Shown: positions 21,582 to 33,654, counted from the first letter of the stretch. The stretch is DNA of 64,000 nucleotides from an uncultured Gemmatimonadaceae bacterium (GCA_963829055.1 CAWHHI010000003.1:128001-192000); one strand, 5' to 3'. Translations and numbers: made by a program. The notes: generated by a model from the sequence alone, not told the origin.

Positions 21582-22461
21582 TCAGAGCACCGTCACCGGC
21601 GTGAAGCGCACTCCGCGAATCTTTCGCGAGCGGAAGAACGCGTACACCGCCGGCCGCACGATTACGCGCCGGCTCGCGAGCGAACGCTTGTCGTGCACCG
21701 GTATCGCCCAGTTGCCTGTACCGAAACGCTCCGAGGTGCGCGCGAAGTCGGGGATCGTCACGACGCCTTCGCCGACGTACGCCGGAATGAACGGCTCGGC
21801 GACGGCGTCGAACCATCCGTCGCAACCACACTGCGCACACGGCGCCTCGGCCCCCGCCCGCCCGCGCACCAGCCCGCGTGCCGCGGCGATCATCGGCGGC
21901 ATCGCATGGTCGATGAGGAGCTGCTTCCACGGGAGCCGATGGCCCTGCATGTCCTCGACGTCGCCGAAGGCAATGCCTGTCAGCGAGCTGCTCTCCATCT
22001 CGCCAGCGAGCGAGTCATGGACGATGATTTCGTCGTCGATGGATCCTACCGGACCGCTCTTCGGGATCTCTTTCCCGGTGATGACGAGCGCCGACGTCTG
22101 CTGCAGGCCGTCGCCGCACGAGCCGCAGACCGCCGACTCATCGTACGTCATCCCGGCGCGCGGGTGCCCTTCGTGGCTGTGATGAATCCACACGAACATG
22201 TGGAGGAGCCGCGCCGCGGAAAGCTCGCGGACAGTCGGCTCGAACACACGATGGACGGTGGGCGGGGGTATGGCGATCGACCGGGCCGCGTGACCGAGCT
22301 TGGAGACGGTTTCCTCGTTCGGGATGCAGAGCTTCTGGAACCCGCTCAGGAGCGCGGGATCGACGACGACGTCGAGCATCCCGGCCTCGAGGAACATTCT
22401 GCTGCGCGCGGCCGCGGTCGTTCGGGAGATAGTTGTACGTGACGTAGATCTTTTCGGGCAC
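21582..22461 (-). CDS. Double-CXXCG / Imm11-like hypothetical protein (frameshift near 22400)
   Basis: YDESAVCGSCG.GLQQ.S.L, IIVHDSL...M..SSLTGIAF, PCAQCG, C-terminal ..RGVRFTPV; N-terminus VPEKIYVTYNY in another frame. Confidence 0.55.
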
Positions 22462-22737
22462 GTGATACAAGTCTGGTAACTGTTTGCGCCGCGACGATTT
22501 CGGTTCCTCGCGACACGTGAGCGACGAGGATCCGTGCCCGTTGGAAACGCATCCGTGGCTGCTGCTCGTCGAGCCTGGAAACGGCAACTCACCGCGGATG
22601 ACGGACAGCACGCCAGACGGTTGGGTCGCGAGGTCCAACAGCGACGCAGAATCGCAGGCGGCCGGGAGCGCGCGACGCAGGAGGACGCAGAGCACCGCAA
22701 CACACCTGGAGGCAAGGTCCGTGCTCGCCGAGCCACG

Positions 22738-22793
22738 AAAAAGGGGAACGGCCTCGGGACGCATTGGCTCGCCGGAGGTCGTTCCCCTCTTTC
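22738..22793. terminator. Hairpin GGGGAACGGCCTC / GAGGTCGTTCCCC flanked by A and T runs, downstream of the MFS gene
   Basis: Read directly; the left arm resembles the GGAACGGCCGCTCGGGA repeat core. Confidence 0.5.
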
Positions 22794-22940
22794 ACAGGCT
22801 CGGCACATCTGCCGGCGTCCCGAGCGGCCGTTTTCTGCGTCCGTTCTGCGTTGCGGCCGCGAAGCGGCCGCCTGCGTATTCTGCGTCGCTGTTGGAATTG
22901 CGCGCGGATGCGTGGCTCAATGAGGCCGGCAGCCGCGCGA

Positions 22941-24206
22941 TCAGGCCCGCGCCGGCGCGGCAGCTGGGCGCGCAGCCCGGAGACTCGGCCGGAACAGCAC
23001 CGCGAAGATGAGCAGCACCACCAGTGCGCCCATTGACGGCACCAACCAGATCGACCGCCAGTCGTGCGTCACCGTTAGGCAGCTCTTCGCCGCCGCCGCG
23101 GCCGCGTCGCACGCGGGGTTTGGCGCCGAGTACCGGTTCACCACCGCCCCCGACACGAACGCGCCGATGAAGTATCCGACACCGTTCGTGACGAAGTTGA
23201 TGAATCCCTGGGCCGCTGCACGGATACGCTCGCCGGCCTTCTCGTCCGTATAGATCTGCCCCGCCACGAAGAAGAAGTCGTAACACACGCCGTGCAGCAG
23301 GATGCCCGCCCAGAGCAGCCACATCCCGCTGCCCGCGTTCCCCTGGCTGAACGCCAGATAGCGGAGCGCCCACGCCAGCATGCCGACGAGCATGATACCG
23401 CGGATGCCGATCCGCTTGAGCACGAACGGCAGGAGGAGCAGGAAGCCCATCTCGCTCCACTGGCCGAACGACTGGATGAACGCCGGCTCCGGCGCGCCCG
23501 TCTCGTTCAGAAACAGGTTCGCGAACGTGTAGTAGAACTGCAGCGGGATGCAGAGCAGGAACGACCCGACGACGAAGATCAGGAAGTCGCGATCCCTGAG
23601 CAGCGACAGCGCGTCGAGGCCGAACGCGTCACGGGCGTTGAAACGCGTGCCGGCGCCCTTGGGCGGCGTGTGCGGCAGCGCGAACGAGAAGAGACCTAAC
23701 GCGAGTGACCCGATCGCCGCGACGCGCATTGGCAGCGCGAGCGCGTCCGCCTTGAGCACCTTGCCGATCACGATGCCGGCCACGATCCACCCGAACGTGC
23801 CGAGCATGCGGATGATCGGGAAATCCTTGCCCGGATCGCGCACGTGGTGGAACGAGATCGAGTTGGTCAGGGAGAGCGTCGGCATGTAGCACAGCGCGTA
23901 CGCGATCAGCAGCGGGTAGAACGTCGCGAACGTCGTCTGCGTCGACACGAGGTACAAGAGCACGGCGCCCACGATGTGCAGCACCGCGAGCAGCTTCTCG
24001 GTGGCGAAGAACCGATCGGCCACCATCCCGAGCACGAACGGCGACACGAGCGCCGCGATGGCCGTCGCGCCGTACGCGAGGCCGACCTGCTGCGGCGTGA
24101 AGTTGAGCGTCTGCGACAGGTACGTCCCCATCGTCACGAACCACGCGCCCCACACGAAGTACTGCAGGAACATCATGGCCATCAACTTCGCGCGCGTCGC
24201 GGTCAT
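22941..24206 (-). CDS. Nucleoside:H+ symporter-like MFS permease (NupG/XapB/YegT family)
   Basis: [59 protein letters not shown]; start MTATRAK overlaps the upstream stop. Confidence 0.92.
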   Translation of the reverse strand: MTATRAKLMAMMFLQYFVWGAWFVTMGTYLSQTLNFTPQQVGLAYGATAIAALVSPFVLGMVADRFFATEKLLAVLHIVGAVLLYLVSTQTTFATFYPLLIAYALCYMPTLSLTNSISFHHVRDPGKDFPIIRMLGTFGWIVAGIVIGKVLKADALALPMRVAAIGSLALGLFSFALPHTPPKGAGTRFNARDAFGLDALSLLRDRDFLIFVVGSFLLCIPLQFYYTFANLFLNETGAPEPAFIQSFGQWSEMGFLLLLPFVLKRIGIRGIMLVGMLAWALRYLAFSQGNAGSGMWLLWAGILLHGVCYDFFFVAGQIYTDEKAGERIRAAAQGFINFVTNGVGYFIGAFVSGAVVNRYSAPNPACDAAAAAAKSCLTVTHDWRSIWLVPSMGALVVLLIFAVLFRPSLRAARPAAAPARA

Positions 24207-24982
24207 GGCAGCGTCCTGATCTTGATGTTGCGGAGCGCGAGCACGCCGTTGTGATCGCCCTGAATGGCCAGGTGGCCGGCTTTCGATCTGCCGTAGTTCG
24301 GCCAGTCCTTGAACTTGCTGGCCTTGACCTTCGCTTCCCAATCCGCGCTCCACAGCTCGTACTGCACCACCTTCTGCCCGTTGAGCCAGTGCTCCACGTG
24401 CGCGCCGCGGGCGATGATGCGCGTGCTGTTCCACTCGCCGGCGGGCTTCACGATGCCAGCGGGCGGCGCGTACAGCGCGTAGGCCGCGGCGGCAGACGTT
24501 AGGCGGTTCTTGCCGTCGGGCGCGTTCGCGTCGTCGAGCAGCTGATACTCCACCGCGCTCCAGTAGACCTTCTCGTATTCCTCGGTCGCCCGATAGAAGA
24601 TCCCGCTGTTTCCGCCCGAGCCTATCCGCCACTCGAGCGCGAGCTCGAAGTCGCCGAACTGGTCATTGGTGAGGATGTCATCGACGCTCGAGTCCTTGGC
24701 GAGCAGACCGTCCGTCACATGCCAGCCGTTAGGCATGGTCGTCGCCTTGTACCCCCGCCACCCGTTCGTCGTCCGCCCATCGAACAGCAGCCGCCACCCC
24801 GCCGCCTGCTCGGCCGCCGTCAGCACGTTGACCGATGTCGGCGTGGCGGTGGAGGCCCGGGGCGTCGTGCCGTTGACGAGAGTGCCGGTCTCACTGCTGG
24901 CCTTGGCGCACCCGGCGCTGACGCCGGCTGCGAGAAGCAGCACCGTGATGCTCGAATCGAGAAGAAGACGACGCGGTCGCAT
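24203..24982 (-). CDS. DUF1080 (3-keto-disaccharide hydrolase-like) lipoprotein
   Basis: Lipobox SAGC; GW.LLFDG....[46 protein letters not shown]. Confidence 0.9.
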   Translation of the reverse strand: MRPRRLLLDSSITVLLLAAGVSAGCAKASSETGTLVNGTTPRASTATPTSVNVLTAAEQAAGWRLLFDGRTTNGWRGYKATTMPNGWHVTDGLLAKDSSVDDILTNDQFGDFELALEWRIGSGGNSGIFYRATEEYEKVYWSAVEYQLLDDANAPDGKNRLTSAAAAYALYAPPAGIVKPAGEWNSTRIIARGAHVEHWLNGQKVVQYELWSADWEAKVKASKFKDWPNYGRSKAGHLAIQGDHNGVLALRNIKIRTLP

Positions 24983-25147
24983 GAGCCGTGAGTAATGGCG
25001 GCGAGGTGAGCGGTCCTCCCTCGACGGGCGACGCGCTTGCGGGATGTTCGCAGGAGCATGCGCCGCTGAATGGCACGAGGCAAGAGGACCGCGTACGGAT
25101 CGTGCGTGATCGCTCGGCTCCCGTCATCGCCCTTGCAGGACACGCCT

Positions 25148-26206
25148 ATGACTCCGCAACGCTTCAGCGCCATTCTTCTGCTCGCGGGCGGCGTCGCCCT
25201 TGGTGTCGTCCTCGACCGTTCCGCGCGCCAGGTCGTTCGCCCGCTGGAAGCAAACCAGACCAGGGCACAGACGGTCGCCGCGCCAGCACGGAACGCGTCC
25301 GACTCCAATGCCGTGACGCAAGACGAAGCGACGATCATCCGCGTGGCGCGCGAGATCACGCCCACCGTCGTGAGCGTCTCGCAACCGGAGGGCTCGGGCT
25401 CCGGCATCATCGTGAACGGCGACGGCATCATTCTCACCAACGCGCACGTCGTGGGTGCGTCGCGCAACGTGGAAGTCGGACTGGCCGACGGACGCACGGT
25501 CACCGGTCAGGTGGCCGGCGTGGACCGATCCATCGACGTTGCCGTCGTCCGCGTGTCGGCGCAGAATCTCCCCGTCGCGCCCATCGGCGATTCCGACCGC
25601 CTGCAGGTAGGCCAGTCGGCAATCGCGATCGGCAACCCGCTCGGTCTCGAGCGAACGGTGACGAGCGGCGTCGTATCCGCCGTCAACCGGAATCCCCGCG
25701 GCATCAGCCTCGACGGACTCATTCAGACGGACGCCGCGATCAGTCCGGGCAACTCGGGCGGCCCACTGGTGGACTCCCACGGTCGGGTGATCGGGATCAA
25801 CACCGCCGTCCTCCAGGGCGCGGGCGCGACCGGACTCGGGTTCGCCGTCCCGATCAACCTGGCCAACGAGGTCGTTCGGCAGATCCTCACGACCGGCCAC
25901 ATCACGCGCGCATACCTCGGCGTGAGCTTCGCGGACATCGATCAGGAAATCGCCCGTCAGTTCCGACTCCCCGTGAATCAGGGCATTATCGTGGGCGCGG
26001 TGGAACCCGGGTCTCCGGCTGCCCGCGCCGGAATTCGCCCGCAGGACATCATTGTCCGGGGCAACAACACGGCGGTTGCCAGCGGTGGCGACCTGAGACG
26101 GTTGCTGCGCAGCCTCACCCCCGGAACGACGATCCGATTGGAAGTGGTCCGACCTGGCGGTCGGACCACGATCCCTGTGCAGCTCGGTCAGGCACCGACG
26201 ACCTGA
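25148..26206 (+). CDS. HtrA/DegP-type serine protease with PDZ domain
   Basis: GSGSGII...G.ILTNAHVV, DVAVV, AIGNPLGL..TVTSGVVSA, IQTDAAISPGNSGGPL; C-terminal PDZ (YLGV, GSPA.RAGI). Confidence 0.93.
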   Translation: MTPQRFSAILLLAGGVALGVVLDRSARQVVRPLEANQTRAQTVAAPARNASDSNAVTQDEATIIRVAREITPTVVSVSQPEGSGSGIIVNGDGIILTNAHVVGASRNVEVGLADGRTVTGQVAGVDRSIDVAVVRVSAQNLPVAPIGDSDRLQVGQSAIAIGNPLGLERTVTSGVVSAVNRNPRGISLDGLIQTDAAISPGNSGGPLVDSHGRVIGINTAVLQGAGATGLGFAVPINLANEVVRQILTTGHITRAYLGVSFADIDQEIARQFRLPVNQGIIVGAVEPGSPAARAGIRPQDIIVRGNNTAVASGGDLRRLLRSLTPGTTIRLEVVRPGGRTTIPVQLGQAPTT

Positions 26207-26293
26207 CGGGAGCCGACAGCCATTCGTGTCGCAGCTCGCGCCTGCTATAATGGTGTCTTTATAGTCCGACACTACTGGCGTCAGGGTTAGGCA

Positions 26294-26626
26294 CATCGCG
26301 CCGGGGCCGGTGGGAACTACGATTTTGCGGATGACACCGAAACAGCCGGATACGGCTTTGCATTGACGCTGGCTCTCGCCGGACTCTGACATAATGGGAA
26401 CGGCCGCTCGGGAGACTCCTGCGTCCCGAGCGGCCGTTCCCAAAAATCCCGGCTCGTTGCGGAAGGAGCCAGACCTATCGACGCGGTATCCTGCTTCTTC
26501 CGCGCCATCCGCCAAATCGCAGTTCCCACCGACCGCGGCGCGATGATGCCTCAATGCAAAGCCGTATCCGGTAGTTTCGCAGTACGGATCCGCACAATCG
26601 TAGTTCCCACCGGCCCCAGCGCGATG
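26294..26626. mobile_element. MITE-like element, copy 1 (about 330 bp, long imperfect terminal inverted repeats, central hairpin)
   Basis: Left end GCGCCGGGGCCGGTGGGAACTACGATTTTGCGGAT...CCGGATACGGCTTTGCATTGA is the reverse complement of the right end; the whole element recurs inverted at 33691-34015. Confidence 0.7.
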
Positions 26627-26866
26627 ATCCAGAGAGCCGCGGCTATCGCTCCGCACGATCGCCGCCTAGAGAACCTTTTGCCGCGACGGTGTGTCTCACC
26701 CACGCCGTGACCGGACTACCCGTGGTAAGGGTTGTCGTATCGGGGCATAGCGGAGCTTGCGCGCTGATGAGCAACCTCCAATCATCGGTCGCGGTCCGCG
26801 CCTGCTTCCCGTTAGGGCGTGCGCGCCGAGTGTCATCCTCGTCCCATCCTGCAGCCTTAGCCTCCC

Positions 26867-28258
26867 ATGACACGGATCCCGCGCAAGCGATGGATCACCT
26901 TGGCGGTGATTCTCGCGGCCGTTGCTGGTGTGTCGGTCTGGTTGTTCACCCCCGCCAGCGCCAAGACAGATGACTCGGTTCTCGCGCGGGTGAAGAAAGG
27001 CGACTTCCACGTCGTTGTCACCAGCGCCGGTGAGCTCCGCGCGAAGAAGTTCGTGCAGGTGCAGGGACCACTAAACATGCAGCAGGCCGACATCTACCAG
27101 ACGAAAATCTCCACGCTCGTCCCCGAGGGGACGGTCGTGAAGGAAGGTGATGTCGTCGCCGAGCTCGATCGCTCAGGGATAGCGGCGAAGCTGTCCGAGG
27201 TATCGCTCGCACTCCAGAAGGCCGAGGCGCAGCTCACGCAGGCGCAGCTCGACTCCACGCTCAACCTCTCGACGGCGCGTGAGGACATGAAGACGATGGA
27301 GCTCTCGCTCGAGGAGAAGCGCCTCGCGAAGGAGCAGGCCGCCTACGAATCGCCTAGTGTCAAGCGACAGGTCGAGATCGACTACGAGAAGGCCACGCGT
27401 CAGCTCGCGCAGGCGAAGGTCAACTACAAGACGAAGACCGAGCAGGCGATCGCGAAGATGGCGGAAGTCGGCGCCGACGTGCAGCGCCAGCGGAACAAGC
27501 TCAAGAGCGTTCAGGAAGTCCTCGGCGCCTTCACCATCAAGGCGCCGTCGCCCGGCATGGTGATCTACGTGAAGGAGTGGAACGGCAAGAAGAAAGGCAT
27601 CGGCTCGCAAGTCAGTGCCTGGGATCCCACGGTCGCCACGCTTCCGGATCTCGGTCAGATGGAGTCGCTCACGTACGTGAACGAGATCGACGTGCGTAAG
27701 GTCGCGTCGGGCCAGAAGGTCACTATCTCGCTCGACTCCGACCCGACGAAGAAGCTGCCCGGAACGGTGGTCGCGGTCGCGAACGTCGGCGAGCAGCGGC
27801 CTAACGCGGACGCCAAGGTCTTCGAGGTGAAGATCCTGCTCGCGCAGGCCGACACCACGCTCCGCCCGGGCATGACGACGTCGAACGCGATCGAGACCAA
27901 CACGATCAAGAACGCGCTGTTCGTGCCGCTCGAGGCCGTCGCTGTGGAGGGCACGACGCCGTACGTCTACAAGCGCGACGGTGCTCGCGTGACGAAGCAG
28001 CAGGTCGAGACCGGTCTCGCGAACGACAACGAGATCGTCGTCGCGAAGGGGCTCGAGAAGGACGACCGCGTGTTCCTCACCCCGCCGGCCGACCGGGACA
28101 AGATCGAGATGAAGACGTTGCCCGGCGCGAAGCCGGGCACGGGCGGACTGCCGCAGCCGGGTCCCGCCGACACCCCATCCACGGCCAAGCCAGTGCCGGT
28201 GAAGCCGGCGGCACCGGCCGCCACGCCAACGCCATCGGGCGTCGCCACGAAGTCCTGA
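26867..28258 (+). CDS. MacA-like periplasmic adaptor (membrane fusion protein)
   Basis: N-terminal TM, EGTVVKEGDVVAELD lipoyl half, coiled coil, TIKAPSPGMV, VNEIDV.KV..GQ.V, LRPGMT. Confidence 0.9.
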   Translation: MTRIPRKRWITLAVILAAVAGVSVWLFTPASAKTDDSVLARVKKGDFHVVVTSAGELRAKKFVQVQGPLNMQQADIYQTKISTLVPEGTVVKEGDVVAELDRSGIAAKLSEVSLALQKAEAQLTQAQLDSTLNLSTAREDMKTMELSLEEKRLAKEQAAYESPSVKRQVEIDYEKATRQLAQAKVNYKTKTEQAIAKMAEVGADVQRQRNKLKSVQEVLGAFTIKAPSPGMVIYVKEWNGKKKGIGSQVSAWDPTVATLPDLGQMESLTYVNEIDVRKVASGQKVTISLDSDPTKKLPGTVVAVANVGEQRPNADAKVFEVKILLAQADTTLRPGMTTSNAIETNTIKNALFVPLEAVAVEGTTPYVYKRDGARVTKQQVETGLANDNEIVVAKGLEKDDRVFLTPPADRDKIEMKTLPGAKPGTGGLPQPGPADTPSTAKPVPVKPAAPAATPTPSGVATKS

Positions 28259-28273
28259 ACCTCCGGACAACCA

Positions 28274-29666
28274 ATGTCGGTTCGTGATCTCGCGCGCGCC
28301 CGCGCCGAGCTGACCGCGCACGTCCTGTTCAGTCTCCGGACGGCCATCGAGGCCGTCGGACACAACACGCTGCGGGCGTCGCTCACCTCACTCGGCATCC
28401 TGTTCGGCGTCGCGTCCGTCATCGCGATGCTCGCGATCGGCAAAGGCGCCGAACAGGAAATCCTGGAGCAGATGAAGCTCCTCGGCTCCAACAACGTCAT
28501 CATCACGCCGCTCGTCGAGCAGAAGGAGGAGAAGGCGAAGGATGACGGCACGAAGGAGCCGAAGAAGTTCTCGCCCGGACTCACGACGCTGGATGCACGG
28601 TCGATCCTCGACGATCGTGCCTAACGTTCGCACGACGAGCGGCGAGGTCGTCCTGCAGACGCTCGTGACGCGCGAGGGCCGGCGCCGGTCCGGCAAGGTC
28701 GTCGGCGTCGACACGACCTACTTCGATCTCCTGAACCTGAACGTCGCCGAGGGCAAGCGGTTCGCGCCCATGCAGGTCGCCGATGGCCTACCCGTCGCGA
28801 TCATCGGGCACGGCGTGAAGACGCGCTTCTTCACGACCGAAGAGCCGATCGGAAAGCCCATCAAGGTCGGCAACGTGTGGCTCACGGTGGTCGGGGTGCT
28901 CGAGGACCGCAAGCTCTCCGACCAGACGTCGCAGAAGCTCGGCATCCGCGACGCGAACATGGACGTCTACGTTCCACTCTCGACGATGCTGCTCCGCTAC
29001 CGGAACCGCGCGCAGGTCACGGAGCGCGACGTGCAGCAGGCGTCGCGCGAGGTCAACGACGACCCTAACGCGACCGCGAACGAGGACGCCGAGCAGCGCG
29101 CCGAGCGCACGAACTACCACCAGCTGGATCGCGTGATCGTGCGCGTGGACGACGCGAGCAAGGTGACCGGCGTCGCCGAGGTGCTGCGGCGCATGCTCAC
29201 GCGCCGGCACAATCAGGTGGTCGACTTCGAGATCAGCGTGCCGGAATTGCTGCTCAAGCAGGAGCAGAACACGAAGCGCCTCTTCAACGTCGTGCTCGCC
29301 GCGATCGCCGCGATCTCGCTCATCGTCGGCGGCATCGGCATCATGAACATCATGCTGGCGTCGATCCTGGAGCGCATCCGCGAGATCGGCGTGCGACGCG
29401 CCGTCGGTGCGAGTCAGAAAGACATCCTCGCGCAGTTCCTCAGCGAGGCGGTGCTCATCAGTCTCGCCGGCGGTGTCGCCGGCATTCTCGTCGGCGGTGG
29501 ACTGAGTCTCGGCATCGAGCGCATCGCCAAGATCAATACGATCGTCTCGTTCTACTCGGTGTTCATCGCCTTCGGGGTCTCGATCACCGTCGGCGTCGTC
29601 TTCGGCTTCGTGCCCGCCTGGCGCGCGGCGAAACAGGATCCGGTGGTATGCCTGCGTTACGAATGA
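28274..29666 (+). CDS. MacB/FtsX-type ABC permease without ATPase domain (frameshift near 28610)
   Basis: LRASLTSLGILFGVASVIAMLAIG.GA; ISLIVGGIGIMNIMLAS..ER.REIG.RRAVGA; PA.RAA..DP...LRYE. Confidence 0.9.
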
Positions 29667-31123
29667 AAGCTATCAGCTATCAGCTATCCGCTATCAGCCT
29701 AACGACGCTGCTTGCCTGTGCGGCGACGCTCCACGGGCAGCAGCCGATGACGCTGCAGCAGGCGATCGATATCGCCCAGAAGCAGGGGCTCCAGGCGCGC
29801 GCGGTGCTCGACACGCGCGAGGCAGCGCGGTGGCGCGACCGGGCATTCAACTCGAGACTCATGCCGCAGGTCTCGCTCTCCGGCACGCTCCCCAACTACG
29901 AGCGCGCCATCATACCGGTGATCCAGCCTAACGGTTCGACAGAGTTCAGGCCGCGCCTAGAGACGACGTCCGCACTGGGACTGACGGTGCAGCAGCCGTT
30001 GCCGTTGACCGGCGGTTCCCTGTTCGTCACCTCGGGACTCTCGCGCGTGAACGTCGGCGGCGACCGGTCGTCTCGGCTCTACAACTCGACCCCGCTGACC
30101 ATCGGGCTCACGCAGAGCATCTTCAGGCCTAACGCGCTGAAGTGGGACGACCGCGAGCAGGATCTGCGCGCCATTGCCGCCGACCGCGAGTACCTCGAGG
30201 CACGCGAGGACGTCGCCGTCAACACGGCCACCGCGTTCTTCGACCTCTTCTCCGCCCGACTCGCGCTCGACAACGCGGCGTCCAAGGTGGCCATCAACGA
30301 CACGCTCTTCAATCTGAACAAGGGTCGGTTCGAGGTCGGAAAGATCGGCGAGAACGACCTGCTCCAGAGCGAGCTCGCCCTGCTCCAGGCCCGCACGTCG
30401 CTCGATGGCGCGAAGCTCGACTTCGCGCGCGCCAACGCCGCGCTGAAGCGCCTGCTGAGCCTTCCGCCTGACGCACCCATCGAGATCACCGCGCCGACCG
30501 ACATTCCGGCGGTGGAAGCCGATACCACCGTTGCAGTCCAGCAAGCGCTTCTCAACCAGAGCCGCACGACGAACACGCAGCTCCAGGCGGTACAGGCGAA
30601 ACGCCGAGTGAACGAGGCCAAGCTCAATAACGGGTTCGGGGCGACGGTGACCGCGACCCTGGGATTGAATCAGCAAGCCCCCGTGCTGAACGAGGCGTAC
30701 CAGGATCTCGCTCAGCGCCAGCAGTTTGGCCTGACCATACAGATGCCGCTGGTCCAGTGGGGCAACCGCAAAGGACAGGTGGAGGCCTCCCGCGCTGACG
30801 AAGACCGGGCCAACACCAATGCGCGCGCCACACGCGACGCGGCGGCCGAGGAGGCGCACTTCGCGGCGTTGCAGCTCGCCCAGTCCGCGCGAAACCTCGC
30901 GCTCTCGGCCAAGGCGGATACGGTCGCGGTCAAGCGGTTCGAGGTGGCCAAGAACCGCTACATCGTCGGCAAGATCGGGATCGACAACCTCTACCTCGCG
31001 CAGAACGAACGGGACGGCGCGCTTCGCGGCTACATCGACGCCCTGCGCGGCTACTGGGCGTCGTACTACCGGCTACGGCGATTGACGCTGTACGACTTCG
31101 CGGAGAAGCGTCCGATCAGATAG
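29663..31123 (+). CDS. TolC-family outer membrane efflux protein
   Basis: MTLQQAIDIA, RFEVGKI...DLLQ.EL, RYIVGKI...NL; ATGA overlap with the permease gene. Confidence 0.88.
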   Translation: MKAISYQLSAISLTTLLACAATLHGQQPMTLQQAIDIAQKQGLQARAVLDTREAARWRDRAFNSRLMPQVSLSGTLPNYERAIIPVIQPNGSTEFRPRLETTSALGLTVQQPLPLTGGSLFVTSGLSRVNVGGDRSSRLYNSTPLTIGLTQSIFRPNALKWDDREQDLRAIAADREYLEAREDVAVNTATAFFDLFSARLALDNAASKVAINDTLFNLNKGRFEVGKIGENDLLQSELALLQARTSLDGAKLDFARANAALKRLLSLPPDAPIEITAPTDIPAVEADTTVAVQQALLNQSRTTNTQLQAVQAKRRVNEAKLNNGFGATVTATLGLNQQAPVLNEAYQDLAQRQQFGLTIQMPLVQWGNRKGQVEASRADEDRANTNARATRDAAAEEAHFAALQLAQSARNLALSAKADTVAVKRFEVAKNRYIVGKIGIDNLYLAQNERDGALRGYIDALRGYWASYYRLRRLTLYDFAEKRPIR

Positions 31124-31124
31124 C

Positions 31125-31240
31125 GGGACTGGGGACAAGGGACTGGGGACTGGGGAAACCTCGGGATGCTACTCTCACGTAGAGAGGCATCCCGAGGTTT
31201 TTCGTTCCCAGTCCCGAGTCCCCAGTCCCCAGTCCCGTCC
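31125..31240. terminator. Intrinsic terminator (AAACCTCGGGATGC / GCATCCCGAGGTTTTT, 31156-31202) nested in inverted GGGGACT/CCCCAGT heptamer arrays
   Basis: Read directly; immediately after the tolC stop codon. Confidence 0.75.
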
Positions 31241-31247
31241 CCAGGTC

Positions 31248-33654
31248 ATGACCGCTCTCCGTGATGGACTCCGCGTCCTCCGACGCTCCCCCGGCATGGC
31301 GACTCTGGCGGCGATCGCCCTAGGGCTCGGAATCGGGTCCACGACCACGATGTACTCGATCACGCGCGGCATCCTCCGGCAACTTCCGGTCGACCAGCCC
31401 GAGCGATTGATGCACGTGGCCATGACCGACCGCACCGAAGGCGACGAATACCTTCGGATCCCGGTCGCCGACATCGTCGCCCTGCGTGAACAGCAGCGGA
31501 GCTTCGAGTCCATTGCCGCCTACGAAGACGTGCCGGTCAACATCGGCGACACCGACCATCGCGCGGAGCGACTCTCGGGCGGAACGGTGACCGCGAGCCT
31601 CTTCAGAGTCCTGCGCGTTAGGCCTCTGCTCGGACGCACGCTCTCGATCGACGATGAACGACCCGGCGCACCGCCCGTCGCGGTGCTGAGCCACACGCTC
31701 TGGCAGAACCGGTACGCGGGCGATCGCTCCGTTATCGGTCGCACGATTCGGGTCAACGGCGCGCCGACCACGGTGGTGGGAGTCATGCCGGAGGGATTCG
31801 GCTTCCCTACGAAGGAGCAACTGTGGACGCCGCTCGCGCTCGACGCCAACCGCGGAAGCGCCTCGGGCGACAGGACCCCATCGTCCTACAACGTCATTGG
31901 CCGGCTCCGCGACGGCGCGACACGCGAGAGCGCAGGTGCGGAGATCGCGGCCATTGGGCGTCGACTCGCCATTGCCGATCCGAAAGCGCACGAGGGTCGT
32001 GCCCTCGCCGTTCGCCCGTTCTACGATGAGATGATCTCGCGTCAGGCACGCATCATCTTCGGCGCGATGCTCACCGTCGTCTCGTTCGTGCTGCTCATCG
32101 CCTGCGCGAACGTCGCGAACCTGCTGCTCGCGCGCGCGGCATCGCGCAGCCGCGAGATCGCCGTCCGCGTCGCACTCGGTGCTTCACCGTCGAGTCTCGT
32201 CAGGCAGCTTCTCGTCGAGTCGCTCGCTATCGCCATTCCCGGCGGCGTGCTCGGGCTCGCACTCGCGTGGGCCGGCGTCACGGTGTTCAACTCGACACTC
32301 GGCTTCGAGCTCGCATTCTGGATGCGTATCGAAGTCGATGGAGCGGTGCTCGCGTTCACCACCGCCCTCGTCGGCATTGCCGCGCTCGCGGCGGGCCTCG
32401 CGCCCGCGCGTCAGGCAGCGCGCGTGAGCGTCGGCGACGTGCTCAAGGACGAGGCGCGCGGATCTTCGTCGTTCCGCCTCGGTCGCGCGAGCCGAGTGCT
32501 CGTGGTGGGCGAGGTCGCGCTGTCGTGCGCGTTGCTCGTCGTCACCGGGCTCATGGTGAAGGGCGTGCTCACGATCACGTCGCGTTATGTGGGCGCCGCG
32601 CCTGAACAGGTGGCCACGGGCCGGCTCGAGCTTCGTGATGACGCGTACCCCGACGCCGCGGCTCGCGCGCGGTTGTTCGACGCGCTCGAGACGCGGCTCG
32701 CTTCTCAGCCCGGCGTCACGTCGGCGACGCTCGCCTCACACCTGCCGGGCAACAGCGCCCAAGCCACGCCGATCGAGATCGGTGGTGTTCGGTACGACAG
32801 CAAGCAATCCTTTCCCGAGAGCCGCGTCGTCGCCATCTCGCCCACCTTCTTCACGACGTTCGGTGCGGCGCTGTTGCAGGGTCGGCCGTTCTCGCGTGCC
32901 GATCGCGCGGGCGCGCCGTTGGTGGCGATCGTGAATCGCACGTTCGCCGAGCGGTTCTTCAACGGCGACGCGGTGGGCCGGCAGGTGCGGGTGAGGGAAA
33001 AGGGAGAATGGGCGACGGTGGTTGGCATCGCGCCGGTGCTCGGGACGGTGGGAGGCAATGGCGATTTCGCAGGCACCGACGCGATCTACCTGCCGCTCGC
33101 ACAATCCGAGTACAGCAACGTCGCCGTCGCGGCGCGCACTCGGGGCGACGCGACAGCACTCGTCACCTCACTCCGCGACGTCGTCGCTGATCTGGATCCG
33201 GACGTGCCGCTGTATCAGGAAGGGCGCCTCGACGCGACGCTGGCGCAGGCAAGCCAGGGCGAGAAGGTGTTCGGCGGCCTGTTCACGTTCTTCGGGATCT
33301 CGGCGCTGCTGCTGGCGGTCGTCGGGCTGGTGGGCGTGCTCGCGTTCTCGGTGAGTCGTCGGACGCGCGAGCTCGGCATCCGCATCGCGCTCGGCGGACG
33401 TACCGGATCGATCCTTTGGCTCGTGTTGCGCGGCGGCATGATCCAGCTGCTGACCGGCCTAACGATTGGCCTGGCACTGGCGGCGGCCGTGGCGCCGCAG
33501 TTCGGTGAAGCGCTGTTCAACCAGAAGCCACATGACCCGACGGTGTACGCGGGCTGTCGGATTGACGCTGATTCTGTGTGGGGTGATTGCCGCGATTGTT
33601 CCCGCGCGCCGCGCGCTCAGTGTCAGCCCAATGGTAGCGCTTCGATCCGAGTAA
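31248..33654 (+). CDS. ADOP-type duplicated ABC permease (frameshift near 33550)
   Basis: Two MacB/FtsX repeats: LLIACANVANLLLARA..R.REIAVR.ALGA and V.RRTRELGIR.ALG; true end PARRALSVSPMVALRSE at 33654. Confidence 0.9.

Noticed and set aside
24207..24632. Long N-terminal extension of the MFS ORF
   Set aside because: It is an alternative frame of the DUF1080 gene; the family-typical start is at 24206.
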